From Squalus acanthias (lineage: Eukaryota), in contig CM059432.1 of NCBI GenBank assembly GCA_030390025.1, forward strand, positions 30,382,001-30,446,000: a stretch of DNA of 64,000 bases. Direction: 5' to 3'. Made by a program: the position numbers and the translations under genes. This document shows, piece after piece, positions 10,993 to 24,563 of the stretch (its first letter is position 1; each line of letters opens with the position of its first letter). A model generated the notes under the pieces. It ran no database searches. It saw only the letters and a program-made list of their open reading frames with translations, and had not been told where the DNA came from.

Positions 10993-13510
10993 TAGGAGCT
11001 CCTGTGGAATCATGACTAGTGAAATGGTTAAACGGTAGCGTGATTCTCCACTGAGTAATTGCTTGAGAACTCTTGACACTCTTAAACACATATGACTGGA
11101 GAATGAACTAGAAGAGATGTGATGTGACTGTTTCATTACTGCTTGACTGACACAAGAGAACGTTAGTCTCTTCATGTGTAAGAGTAGTTGACAGGTCACA
11201 ATGTATTGCTCTGATGGATGATAAACTATTCCATTTTAGTTCATTGGAACATTGCTGTTTCTGAAATTGATTCATTTGCTCTTATAAAGCACAAATTAAA
11301 AAAAAAATATCACAGCCGTTCACATCTCACCATTGTAACTGTGCTCACTATTATTTCCCAGAATGTAGGTGAGATTCCTACTCTATCTCATATTGCTTGA
11401 GAGAGCGGTATTGGCCTGGGAGAACTCTCTGCTAGCGCCATGTTATTTTTAACATTGATTCAAAACCATCAACACAGGTAGGTGGGACCTCAGGTTCAGA
11501 TTTTTTTTAAATTCATTCCTGCGATGTGGGCGCCGCGCATTTATCGCTCATCCCTAATTGCCCTTGAGAAGGTGGTGGTGAAGGTACTCCCATAGTGCTG
11601 TTTGGGAGGGAGTTCCAGGATTTTGACCCAGCGACTATGAAGGAACGGCAATATATTTCCAAGTCAGGATGGTGTGTGACTTGGAGGGGAACTTGGAGGT
11701 GATGGTGTTCCCATGTGCCTGCTGCCCTTGTCCTTCTCGGTGGAAGAGGTCATGGGTTTGGGAGGTGCTGTTGAAGAACCCTTAGCAAGTTGCTGCATTG
11801 CATCTTGTAGATGGAACACACTGCAGCCACGGTGCACCAATGGTGGAGGGAGTGAATGTTTACGGTGGTGGATGGGGTGTCAATCAAGCGGGCTGCTTTG
11901 TGCTGGATGGTGTTGAGCTTCTTGACTGTTGTTGGAGCTGCACTCATCCAGACAAGTGGAAAGTATTCCATCACACTCCTGACTTGTGCCTTGTAGATGG
12001 TGGAAAGGCTTTGAGGAGTCAGGAGGTGAGACACTCGCAGCAGAATACCCAGCCTCTGACCTGCTCTTGTGGCCACATTATTTATGTAGCTGGTCCAGTT
12101 AAGTTTCTGGTCAATGGTGACCCCCAGGATGTTGATGGTGGGGGATTTGATGATGGTAATGCCATTGAATGACAAGGGGCGGTGGTTAGACTCTCGCTTG
12201 TTGGAGATAGTCATTGCCTGGCACTTGTGTGGCGAGAATGTTACTTGCCACTTATATTATTGCGAATGGAACTGAACACTGTGCAATCATCAGCGAACAT
12301 CCCCACTTCTGATCTTATGATGAAGGGAAGGTCATTGATGAAGCCGCTGAAGATGGTTGGGCCTAGGACAGTGCTCTGAGGAACTCCTGCAGCGATGTCC
12401 TGGGGTTGAGATGATTAGCCTCCAACAACCACAACCATCTTCCTTTGTGCTAGGTATGACTCCAGCCAGTGGAGAGTTTCTCCCCTGATTCCCATTAACT
12501 CTAGGGCTCCTTGATGCCACCAAGAGCAGCGGAGCATAAAGCAGCGGGGGAAACAGACCCGACCTGATTGGAGACACCAGGCGCGGCGGAACCGTTAACG
12601 ATTTCCCCCCAAAAAATGAAGATTGACACCACAGGTCAGCAGGTAGGTGATTGATTGGTAGTATTAAGGTTTTTTTTCTCTCTAACCTAGGATAGTGGTT
12701 TAAACTTGTTGTGGGAAACTATAACTGCATTAAATTTATAGCTTAACTAGTTAAACTATTTAATATAACTATAAATAATCGTTGAATAAAGACTTTAACT
12801 AATTAAATAAATAACATAAGGCTAGTCTAAGATATGGCAGGGCAGGTTGTGTGTCTGGACTGCAGTATGTGGGAGTTTGTGGATGGCAAACATGTCTGCA
12901 GGAGATGTCTCCATCTCGAATCTCTCTGGCTCAGTGTCATTGAGCTGGAGTGCGAGTTGGAGACACTCCGACACATGAGGGAGGAGGATGAATTTCTGGA
13001 CAGTTTTATCCAGAAAACAGTCACACCCCAGAGGAAAGCACAGGTTCAGGAAGGGGAGGGTGTGACTGCTAGGGAGCCGGGTAGCAGGGACTTACAAGAG
13101 GTTGCGAAGGAGGTCCTGCAGACACTGGTCCTGTCCAACAGGTACGATGTACTCGCTACCTGTGAGGACAAGGAGAAAGACTGCAGGGAGGACAGCCACA
13201 ATGCAGACCAAGGCACCGTGGCTCAGAAGGCTGTCCAAGAGGTGGGGGGGGGAGAGCAGAATAGAAATGTGGTAGTGATCGGGGACTCTATAATTAGGGA
13301 GATAGATAGCATCCTCTGCAGCCATGAACAGGATTCCCGAAGGGTGTGTTGCTTATCCGGTGCCAGGGTAAGGGATATCTCAAGGTGGCTGGAACTTGGA
13401 AAGGGAGGGGGTAAATTCAGTTGTCATGGTCCATGTTGGAACAAACGACATAGGTAGGAACAGGGAGGAGGTCCTGCTGAAAGAGTTTCAGGAGATAGGT
13501 TCTAAATTAA

Positions 13511-16500
13511 AACATAGAAACATAGAAACATAGAAGATAGGAGCAGGAGTAGGCCATTCGGCCCCTCTAGCCTGCTCCGCCATTCAATGCGATCATGGCT
13601 GATCATCCAAATTCAGAACCCTGTCCCTGCTTTCTCCCCATATCCCTTGATCTCTTTAGCCTTAAGAAATATATCCAACTCCTTCTTGAATATATTTAAT
13701 GAATTGGCCACTACTGCCTTTTGTGGTAGAGTATTCCACAGGTTCACCACTCTCTGGGTGAAGAAATTCCTCCTCATCTCAGTCCTAAATGGCTTACCCC
13801 TTATCCTTAGACTGTGACCCCTGGTTCTGGACTCCCCCGCCATCGGGAACATCCTTCCTGCATCTAGTCTGTCCAGTCCTTTCAGAATTTTATAAGTTTC
13901 AATGAGATCCCCTCTCATTCTTCTAAACTCCAGCGAGTATAAGCCCAATCGACCCAATCTCTCCTCATATGTCATTCCTGCCATCCCAGGTATCAGCCTG
14001 GTGAATCTTCGCTGAACTCCTTCCATGGCAAGAACCTCCTTCCTCAGATAAGGCGACCAAAACTGCACACAATACTCAAGATGTGGTCTCACCAAGGCCC
14101 TGTACAACTGCAGCAAGACATCCTTGTTCCTGTACTCAAACCCTCTCGCTACGAAGGCCAACATACCATTTGCCTTCTTAACCGCCTGCTGCACCTGCAT
14201 GCTTACCTTCAGCGACTGGTGCACAAGGACACCCAGGTCTCGTTGCACTTCCCCTTCTCCCAATCTATTGCCATTCAGATAATAATCTGCCTTCCTGTTT
14301 TTGACACCAAAGTGGATAACCTCGCATTTATCCACGTTATATTGCATCTGCCATGCTTCTGCCCAATCACCCAACCTGTCCAAATCATCCTGGAGTTTCT
14401 TGGCATCCTCCTCACAGCACACATGCCCACCCAGCTTTGTGTCATCTGCAAACTTGGAGATATTACATCTAGTTCCCTTGTCTAGATCATTAATATATAT
14501 TGTGAATAGCTGGGGTCCAAGGACCGATCCCTGCGGTACCCCACTAGTCACTGCCTGCCACTCGGAAAAAGACCCGTTTATTCCAACTCTTTGCTTTCTG
14601 TCTGCCAACCAGTTCTCTATCCAAGTCAATACCTTGCCCCCAATCCCATGTGCCTTAACTTTGCATGCTAATCTCTTATGCGGGACCTTATCGAAAGCCT
14701 TTTGAAAGTCCAAATACATCACATCCACTGGTTCTCCCTTATCTATTTTCCCAGTAACATCCTCAAAAAATTGCAGTAGATTAGTCAAGCATGATTTACC
14801 TTTTGTAAATCCGTGTTGACTTTGTCCGATCCTGTCACTGTTTTCCAAGTGCTCTGCTATTACATCTTTTATAATGGACTCTAGCATTTTCCCCACTACC
14901 GATGTCAGGCTTACTGGTCTGTAATTCCTCGTTTTCTCTCTACCACCTTTTTTGAATAGTGGGGTAACATTAGCTACCCTCCAATCCATGGGTATTGTTC
15001 CAGATTCCATCGAATGTTGGAAGATGATCAGCAATGCATCTACTATTTCTAGGGCCACTTTCTTAAGTACCCTAGGATGTAGATTATCAGGCCCTGGGGA
15101 TTTATCGGCCTTCAATCCCGCCAATTTCCCTAACACCATTTCCCTACAAATACTGATTTCTTTCAGTTCCTCCCTTTCATCAGACCCTATGTTCCCCAAC
15201 ATCTCTGGGAGGTTATTTGTGTCCTCCTTTGTGAAGACAGAACCAAAATATGTATTTAATTGGTCTGCCATTTCTTTGTTCCCCATTATAAGTTCCCCTG
15301 ATTCTGACTGCAAGGGACCTACGCTTGACTTCACCAATCTTTTTCTCTTCACATATCTATAAAAGCTTTTACAGTCAGTTTTTATGTTCCCTGAAAGCTT
15401 CCTCTCATATTCTATTTTCCCCTTCTTAATTAATCCCTTTGTCCTCCTTTGTTGAATCGTAAACTGCTCCCAATCCTCAGGTTTACTGCTTTTTCTGGCC
15501 AATTTATATGTCCTCTCCTTGGATCTTATGCTATCCCTAATTTCCCTTGTTAGCCACGGTTGAGTCACCTTTTTTGTTTTATTCTTATGCCAAACTGGGA
15601 TGAACAAATTCTGTAGTTCATCCATGCGGTCTTTGAATGTTTGCCATTGTCTATCCACCGTCAACCCTTTGAGTGACATTCCCCAATCAATCCTACCCAA
15701 CTCGCGCCTCATACCATTGTAGTTTCCTTTATTTAAATTCAGGACCCTAGTCTCTGAGTCAACTACTTCACTCTCCATCTTAATGAAGAATTCTATCATA
15801 TTATGATCGCTCCGACCCAAGGGGCCTCGCACAACAAGATTGCTAATTAATCCTTTCTCATTACATAATACCCAGTCTAAGATGGCCTGCTCTCTGGTTG
15901 GTTCCTCGACATATTGGTCCAGGAAACCATCCCGTAAACACTCCAGGAATTCCTCCTCCACAGTATTGTTACTAATTTGGTTAGCCCAATCTATATGTAG
16001 ATTAAAGTCACCCATGATGACTGCTGTGCCCTTATTGCACGCTTCTCTAATTTCCCTTTTAATGCATCCCCAACCTCCGCATTACTGTTTGGAGGTCTAT
16101 ATACCACTCCCACTAACGTTTTCTGCCCCTTGGTATTTCTCAGTTCTACCCATACAGATTCCACATCATCAGAGCTAATATCCTTCCTTACAATTGTGTT
16201 AATCCCCTCTTTAACCAGCAATGCTACGCCACCTCCCTTTCCTTTTTGCCTATCTTTCCTAAATATTGAATACCCCTGGATGTTGAGTTCCCAGCCTTGG
16301 CCACCCTGGAGCCATGTTTCCGTAATCCCAATTAAATCATATTCGTTTACCTCTATTTGCGCAGCTAATTCATCCACCTTATTCCGAATGCTCCTCGCAT
16401 TAAGACACAAAGCCTTCAGGCTTGTTTTTTTAATGCTCTTACACCTATTAGAATTATTATTTACTGTGGCCATGTTTGATTTAAACCGTTGATTTCTCTG

Positions 16501-17275
16501 ACTGCCACTTTTGTTTTTCTCCTTCCTATCTTTTGCTATTATCCTTGTTTCCCTTTCCTCTGTCTCCCTGCTCAGGTTCCCAACCCCCTGCCATTTTAGT
16601 TTAAACCCTTGCCCAGAGCACTAGCAAACACTCCCCCTAGGACATCGGTCCTGGCCCTGCACAGGTGCAAACCATCGGTTTGTACTGGTCCCACCTCCCC
16701 CAGAACCGGTTCCAATGTCCCAGGAATTTGAATCCCTCCCCCTTGCACCATTCCTCTAGCCATGTATTCATCTGAAATATCCTTCTATTTCTACTCTGAC
16801 TAGCACGTGGCACTGGTAGCAATCCGGAGATTACTACCTTTGAGGTCCTATTTTTTAATTTACCTCCTAACTCCCTATATTCAGCTTTTAGGACCTCATC
16901 CCCTTATTTACCTATATCGTTGGTACCTATATGCACCACGACAACTGGCTGTTCACCCTCCCCCTCCAAAATGTTCTGCAGCCGCTCTGAGACATCCTTG
17001 ACCCTTGCACCAGGGAGGCAACACACCATCCTGGAGTCTCGTTTGTGGCCGCAGAAATGCCTATCTATTCCCCTTGCAATAGAATCCCCTATCACTATAG
17101 CTCTACCCCTCTTTTTCCTCCCGTCCTGTGCAGCAGAGCCACCCCTGGTGCCAGGAAGTTGGCTGCTGCTGCCTTCCTCTGATAAGCCATCCCCCCCAAC
17201 AGCATTCAAAGTGGTATATCTGTTTGAGAGGGGGATGTCCACAGGGGACTCCTGCACTACCTGCCTGTGCCTGCC
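13511..17275 (-). mobile_element. Young CR1 LINE, 5'-truncated within ORF1
   Basis: (TTTCTATG)n tail; ORF2 near intact; ORF1 esterase motifs VIGDSIARG and HIGTNDIG. Confidence 0.95.
13613..16473 (-). pseudogene. CR1 ORF2 APE-RT with a single apparent frameshift near 16060
   Basis: 160-aa APE start (LCLNARSIRNK, GITETW) plus 800-aa ORF (MGDFN, SDH, YRPVSLTS, GVPQGSVLGP, FADD). Confidence 0.93.
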
Positions 17276-18257
17276 AGGACCTCGAGGGTAATAATCTCTG
17301 GGTTATTGCCCGAGCCACATGCAAATTAGCATAGAAGCAGACAGATCAGGAGAATTAATACGTGGCTGGTGTGGGAAAGAGGGGTTCCTTGTCATGGGAC
17401 ACTGGCACCAGTTCTGTGACAGGAAGGAGCTGTACCGAAGGGACGGGCTCCACCTGAACCGGGATGGGACCTGTGTCCTAGCAGAAAGGGTAAATAGGGA
17501 TGTGGCAAAGGTTTTAAACTAGTAAGAAGGGGGGAGGGATCTACAAGAAACGTAAGCAGTCTAAATATAAACAAAACAGGAAAAGTGAACATAGGAAAGA
17601 ATAAAGTAAGGGAGGACTTTGACGGCAACTGAGCAAATAGAGTTCTAGAACAGGAGTCTAAAAAGAAAGTTAAACATAAAGTGAGAGGAAATCCTATTAA
17701 AAATGAGTTAAATTGTCTGTACAGCAATGCGCACAGTGTCCAAAATAATACAGGGGAGCTGGAGGCAATCATGCATTGGGAGGAACCAGACATAGTAAGG
17801 ATTACTGAGACATGGCTACAGAAAAATCAGGACTGGGAATTAAACATCGCAGGGTATAACATATTTAGAAAAGATAGAGATGGAAAAAAGGGAGGTGGAA
17901 TAGCTGTACTTATTAGGGATAACATAATGGCAGTAGAAAAAATGGACATAGATATCAGCAAGACAAAAATAGAATCCATATGGACAGAAATAAAAGATAA
18001 TAAAGGATCAATCACACTAATAGGCGTAGTCTACAGACCACCTAATAATGGAAGGGAGGTGGAGGAAGAACTATACAGAGAAATTAGAGAAATGAGTAAA
18101 AAACATAGAATAATAATCATGGGGGATTTCAACTATCCCAATATTAATTGGACAGAAGAGGTAGGTAAAGGGGATAAGGGAATGGAGTTCCTACAATGTC
18201 TACAGGACTCCTTCTAACCCAATATGTAAAAAGCCCAACTAGGGAGGATTCACTAAT

Positions 18258-18837
18258 AAAAATGGAAAATGCTGGAAATACTCAGCAGGTCAGGCATCAT
18301 CTGTGGAGAGAGAAACAGAGTTAATGTTTCAGGTCGCTGACCCTTCATCAGAACTGGAAAAAGCTGGAGATGTAACAGATTTTAAGCAAGTGTAGGGGCA
18401 GGGAAGGGAGGAGGGGAGGACAGAACAAAGGGGAAGGTCTGTGATAGGATGGAAGGCAGGAGAGATTTAGAGACATTAAGAGAGATTAAGAGATGGTGCA
18501 AGACAAAAGGAGATGGTAATGGAACAAGTTAAGAAACAAAAGATGGTTCTAGAGAAGTGTAAATGGCACTGGCAGAATGAAAGACAGCTGCCATGTGGGA
18601 GAGAGAAAAAAATAAATGGAAAAAAAAGGGTAGGGGCAGAGGTTATGGTCTGAAATTGTTGAACTCTATGTTGAGTCCAGAAGGCTGTAAAGTGCCTAAT
18701 TGAAAGATGAGGTGCTGTTCCTCGAGCTTACATTGAGCTATATTGGAACAGTGTAAGAGGCCGAGGACGGTGAGGTCTGAGTGGGAGTGGAGCGGAGAAT
18801 TAAAGTGACAGGCTCGGGGTCACCCTTACAGACTAAA
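18258..18837 (-). mobile_element. 5'-truncated Penelope-like element
   Basis: pLTR with hammerhead core; GIY-YIG C-terminal remnant homologous to 6280-6900; CACTAAT at both junctions. Confidence 0.78.
18319..18357 (-). ncRNA. Minimal hammerhead ribozyme motif in a Penelope pLTR
   Basis: Reverse complement CUGAUGA-A-GGGUC-agc-GACCU-GAAAC. Confidence 0.7.
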
Positions 18838-20294
18838 CACTAATGAGACTCCATGGATGAATAAAGACATAAGGAAACAATTGAGGGTAAGGAAAGAGGC
18901 ATACATTAAGTACATAGACAGCAGAGGAGTGAATACGAAGGGATTAGGAGAGAAGTCAAAAAAACAATTAGGAAGGCAAGGAGGAACTATGAAATTAAAT
19001 TATCAAGGAACATAAAACAAACTAGTAAAATATTTTACAGGCACATCATTAAAAAAGGAAGGTTGATATGGGAATAGGGCCATTAAAGGATGGACAGGAC
19101 AATACCACAGGTAACGATAGGGAGATGGCAGAATATTAAATCTTTATTTAGCTTCAGTATTTACCAGGGAAATAGAACAGGTGGACATGACATTGGATGA
19201 TGAGATGAGTAATGAGATAAGTGCATTTAAAATAAAAAAAAGGGGCTATATTAAATAAACTAATCAAACTCAAAGAGGATAAAACCCCTGGTCCGGGTGG
19301 ATTGCATCCACGCATTTTAAAATAATCTAGGGAAGAGATAGCAGAGGCATTACTACACATATTTAATAATTCGTCAGAAAAAGGTGTAGTGCCAGAGGAC
19401 TGGCGGATATCTAACGTAACACCTATATTTAAGAAGGGGGATAGAACATGCCCAGGGAATTATAGACCAGTCAGCTTAACATCGGTGGTAGGAAAAATAA
19501 TGGAATCCCTAATAAAGGAGAGAATAGAAGAACATCTAGAAACGAAAAGTATAATAATGAATAGTCAGCATAGATTTCAAAAGGGAAAATCTTGCTTGAC
19601 CAACCTTATTGAATTTTTTGAAGAGGTAACAGAGAAAGTAGACAATGGTAATGCATTAGATGTTATTTATCTAGATTTTCAAAAGACCTTCGATAAGGTA
19701 CCCCATAATAGACTAATGAATAAGGTCAGAGAATGCAGAGTCAGGGGACAAGTAGCAGAATGGATTGCTAACTGGCTTCAAGACAGAAAGCAGGGAGTGG
19801 GAATAAAGGGTAGCTATGCACAGTGGCAGAAGGTGGGTAGTGGTGTTCCACAAGGATCAGTGCTGGGACCACTGCTGTTCACAATTTACATAAACGATTT
19901 AGACTTTGGAATCAAAAACACAATTTCTATATTTGCAGATGATACCAAATTGGGTGGGATAGTCAATACTGAGGAGGACTGCAACAAATTACAGGAGGAC
20001 ATTAATAAAGTTGCAGAATGGGCAAATAATTGGCAAATGAAGTTCAACACAGACAAATGTGAGGTATTACATTTTGGTAGGAAGAATAGGGAGGTCACTT
20101 ATCACTTGAAAGGTGGGGTAGAGGAACAAAGGGATCTCGGAGTACAAATACACAAATCACTAAAAGTTGCGCCACAGGTTAGCAAGGCCATTAAAAATGC
20201 AAACCAATCACTCGGGTTTATTTCTAGAGGGATAGAATTGAAAAGTAGGGAAGTTATGCAAAGCTGTATCGAACCTTGGTTAGACCACACTTAG

Positions 20295-21185
20295 GGGTAA
20301 AAATTCACTTGGTTGCGCCACCCGTTAGCGCCTTAAGAGGGCGCTAATGGGGCGCAAAGCCGCTAATGCCAGGGCGCAGCGATGTTTGCGCCGCTCGAGA
20401 ACTTAACTTGAGATTGTGCGGCGGCGCTAAAACTTACCGCTGCGACCACCTGCGCGCGCAGATTGTGACGTCATTCCATGGTGCAACGCCCTTGGGGCAC
20501 CCCGTAGCGGAAATTGAGTGGCGCCCCCTGCCTTACCGCCTGGCGCTTCCAACGACCAGAAGACTGGAACGCTATCAATCGCTGTGGGGCTGGGGGGGGC
20601 GCTATTTAAAGGGGGCCTCTTCCTGTCTTTTATTGTTGGTGGCATTTTTGAACTACGCATTCTGAGAGAGAGAGGGAGAGACTTCTGGAGAGATTCAACG
20701 TTGTGTGAAGGAGTTTTGGGTACTGAGCAGCACTTTGCAGGTTCATTTTGATTTGCCATTCCTTGTATCGATTTAGCAGAGACCGTGGGAGCTGCACTCT
20801 GAGCTCTTTGCCTGGTGCTCTCCATTGTTCTTTCCAGCACATTTGATGTGCAAGTCTCTCCAGGCCGAGATTCAAGGCAGCAATGAACAGGATGTGGATG
20901 GAAAGCAAGATTAACCATCCCCTTTAAGAACTGGCCCGTGCCATTGTGTGTGTGTTCCATTGCTGACTGACATTACATGAGCTTCGCCAGCGCTCCGAGT
21001 TAGCGCCTCACTGCTCGGCCTTTGCGCCTTAAGAGAGGTGTGCAGCGCCTGCTTTAGCGCTCCACTCACCTCCCGGGGCGGTAAAAGTGAAGTTTCCCGT
21101 CAGTGCCGATAATTAGCGCCAGGCGCTAATATTTGCGTCCGGACGATATTTGCGCCCGAAATGGGGCGCGACCTAATTTCTACCC
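20295..21185. mobile_element. GC-rich Harbinger-type MITE
   Basis: TIR GGGTAAAAATT/AATTTCTACCC; splits CR1 CACTTAG|AGTATTG; TAGCGCC subterminal repeats. Confidence 0.8.
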
Positions 21186-24100
21186 AGAGTATTGTGTGCA
21201 GTTCTGGTCGCCATATTATAAAAAGGATATAGAGACACTGGAGAGGGTGCAGAGAAAATTTCCAAGGATGATACCAGAAATGTGAGGGTATACATATCAG
21301 GAAAGGATAAACAGGCTGGGTCTAGTTTCTCTTGAAAAAAGAAGGCTTAGGGGTGACCTAATAGAGGTCTTTAAAATTATGAAAGGTTTTGATAGAGTGG
21401 ATACAGAGAGCATGTTTCCACTTGTGGGGAAGAGCATAACTAGAGGCCATCAATATAAGATAGTCACCAAGAAATCCAATAAGGAATTCAGAAGAATCTT
21501 CTTTACCCAAAGAGTGGTGAGAATGTGGATCTCGCTACCACAGGGAGTGGTTGAAGCGAATAGTATAGATGCATTTAAGGGGAGGCTGGACAAACATATG
21601 AGGGAGAAGTGAATAGAGGGTTATGCTGATAGATTTAGATGAGGAAAGACGAGAGGAGGCTCGAGTGGAGCATAAACACTGGCATGGACTTGTTGGGCCG
21701 AATGGCCTGTTTCTGGCCATATATCCTATGTAATCCTATGTAATCCACACTCAGTTAAATGCTGCCTTGATGTCAGGGGCAGTCACTCTCACCTCACCTC
21801 TGGAATTCAGCTCTTTTGTCCATGTTTGGACCAAGGCTGTAATGGGGTCTGGAGCCGAGTGGTCCTGCCGGAACCCAAAATGAGCATCGCTGAGCAGGTT
21901 ATCAGTGAGTAAATGCCGTTTGATAGCACTGTCGATGACACCTTCCATCACTTTGCTGATGATTGAGAGTAGACTGATGGGGCGGTAATTGGCGGGATTG
22001 GATTTGTCCTCCTTTTGTGGACTGTTTTACCTGGGCAGTTTTCCACATTGTCAGATAAATGCCAGTGTTGTAGCTGTACTGGAGCAGCTTGGTTCGAGGC
22101 GCAGCTAGTTCTGGAGCACAAGTCTTCAGCACAACAGCCGGGATGTTGTCGGGGCCCACAGCCTTTGCTGTATCCAGTGCGCTCAGCCATTTCTTACTAT
22201 CACATGGAGTGAATCGAATTGGCTGAAGACTGGCTTCTGTGATGGTGGGGACCTCAGGAGGAGGCCGATATGAATCATCCACTCGGCACTTCTTGCTGAA
22301 GATGGTTGTAAACACTTTAGCCTTGTCTTTTGTACTGGCTCTGCCATCATTGAGGATGGGGATATTCATGGAGTGTCCTCCTCCCGTTAGTTGTTTAATT
22401 GTCCACCACCATTCACAACAGGATGCGGCAGGACTGCAGAGCTTTGATCTGATCTGTTGATTAAACCACCGTTGTCTCCCTCAATAGATGCACGCATTGC
22501 CTTTACAGAAGCTGAACTGCTACCTTTCAGCCTCTGCTAAGCATTACTATCTCAGCAAACACTATTCATACCAAGGACAATTTACATTGTGCTAACTACA
22601 TCAATGATCAGCTTTAAGCCCTGTACTTCCCCTTTCTATGATATTCTTGTCCTACTATGTAACCTAAGACTGCTTCCTAACTGGGAGGAGTAACTGTAGT
22701 GGCAGGTTGTTGTTGGGTGCTCAGATCCTATTGGGATAGTTGCGGCCTTGAACCTCTGGGTACATTTTATGGGATGTCTCTGCAGCAGCTGGAGCCATGC
22801 TTGACCATGCAGCAGCAGTAAGCATCGGCCCCTTCCCTGGCATTGCATCAAGCTTTTGAGGGGCCTAGCTGAGCGAACACCCTGACAGGAAGCCGCTTCA
22901 TTGAATCCTTATCTTGCCAAGCCTCTAGTTGACCACCCCAGCTGCATGACCGTGATCTGCATGACAGCAGTCAGTAGGGTGTCTGCAATGTGAGTTAATT
23001 CTGTTGTAATTGCTCTTTGCAGCCAATCTGTCAAATACAGCAGTGACAGGTTGCTGTAAATGGATGGCCAAGGTCTCGACACCACCAGTTACCACGTTCA
23101 TGAGAGCATGTTATTCTGCTCTTGCTCCCTCTACATTCTGGGGCTCCCCTGCAGATGGCCTTGCAGTTTCCATTCATTCCATAGCACTTCACATTTCAGT
23201 AAATCCCTCGTGCATGACTGAAGTGATGTCAAAGTTGCACTGCTGCACACTGTCTGCCAACTGCTGTGGGTTGCCCACTACAGACTGAAAGATCATGGAA
23301 AATGCCTCCTGCTCTTAAATTAACTGCATTCTAAATGCAGGCTTAGTAGGATACTAATTTATTGCCCATACAGCAGGTAAATGCCTGGGCCCTCACCTTG
23401 GCCACATCTTTCCTCTTCCTAGTCAGTCATATGCACTGCTTTCTCCTCACTTGTGACTCGCCTGATGCACTCATTGCCTACATTTTCTGGGGTGCTTCAT
23501 CATCTTGGGAAGAACTTACAGGAAGAGAAAGGGAAGAAGGTTTACAGTGCATCCCCAAGACAATGGATTCGATTTTGCCAGACCCGAGGAGGTGGGATTG
23601 GAGGCATGTGAGGTGTTAAAATCGTAAACAAATGGCGGGCGGCTCTGATCCCGCCTCCAGCCCGCCTCCAAGCAATTTTCCCAGAATCGGGGTTTCAGAC
23701 CCAGTTTCCATCCCGCCTCCAAGAGGTGGGATAGGCCCTTAAGGCCCTTAACAACCAGTTCATTGCCTCTGTAATCCCATTTTGAGAGGCCTTTCTGATT
23801 TTAACACATTTCCCCCATCCTGCACGTCTCCTCTGGAACACGCCAGTTAATTCTGGTGGCCTCACAAGTGGATTGCTTACTAACAGCTGCAGCTCCACCA
23901 TTAAAAATGAGTTTTCACCAATTATCATTTGCAGGTGGCAGAACTTTGTTGTCTTAGGTCTGGGGGAACTTTTAGCAGGCATACTCATTGTTGTGGAAGT
24001 TTGGAGCCTGACACCCATCTCCAGTGTGACCTCCTGGGAAACCCCTCTCCCCACCTTGACTGAGTGTTTCCTCAACTGAGGCATATACTAGAAGCATGGG

Positions 24101-24563
24101 AACCATTTATTTCCTTTCCTCCTGGACGTCAGATTCAGACGAAGACCAGCCGTGGCAGCAGCAGAACCATGAACAACAGCAGCACCAACAGCAGCAGCAA
24201 CAACAGGAGCGCCAAGCTGCTGCTCACCCACCTGAAGCTGCACAGGCCAGAAGGCGCCAGCGCGCGACCACATTGCTGCCCGGGATGTAAGGGACGCACA
24301 CATGTTGGCCAGATTTGCTTAGCCTGCACAATCAAACACTTTTGCCTCGCACCTTCTTACCAGACCATCGACAATGGACAAGAACCTGCAGATTCCTATC
24401 ACTCTGACCACCATACTAACAATTGCAAGTCGCTCTAAGCCCTCAATGTGGAAGTCCCATTAGCGAAATGACACAGGCCACAACTTCAACAGTTTGCCAT
24501 CAGAATTTTTTTTATCACAACAAGCAACTGATGGCATTTCAAAAATAAACACAACATAACACC

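Larger units (their letters stand above)
12834..17522 (+). pseudogene. CR1 ORF1 (Zn finger, leucine zipper, SGNH esterase), split into 12834-13510 and 17276-17522
   Basis: CLDC...CRRC, heptad Leu, VIGDSIIR, CCLSGARV, DGLHLN motifs. Confidence 0.85.
17681..21612 (+). pseudogene. Disrupted CR1 ORF2 of the host element
   Basis: APE 17681-18217, RT 19389-20294 (GVPQGSVLGP, FADD), C-terminus 21379-21612. Confidence 0.88.
12521..21744 (+). mobile_element. Full-length but interrupted CR1 LINE
   Basis: 5'UTR, ORF1, ORF2 pieces (17681-18250, 18841-20294, 21186-21610) and (ATCCTATGTA)n tail; CCAC at both junctions. Confidence 0.88.
11500..22462 (-). mobile_element. Family X LINE split into 11500-12520 and 21745-22462 by a full-length CR1
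   Basis: GGGCTCCTTGATGCCAC|...|CCACACTCAGTTAAATG rejoins as in the uninterrupted copy at 38411-38440; RT motifs (KAVGPDNIP, FGFRQDHSAPD, DIKAAF). Confidence 0.85.

Noticed and set aside
14081..16492. Several plus-strand ORFs over 100 aa
   Set aside because: Antisense shadows of CR1 ORF2
22640..23520. Possible host exon or Myb/SANT C-terminal remnant
   Set aside because: No continuous frame or diagnostic motif; left unannotated
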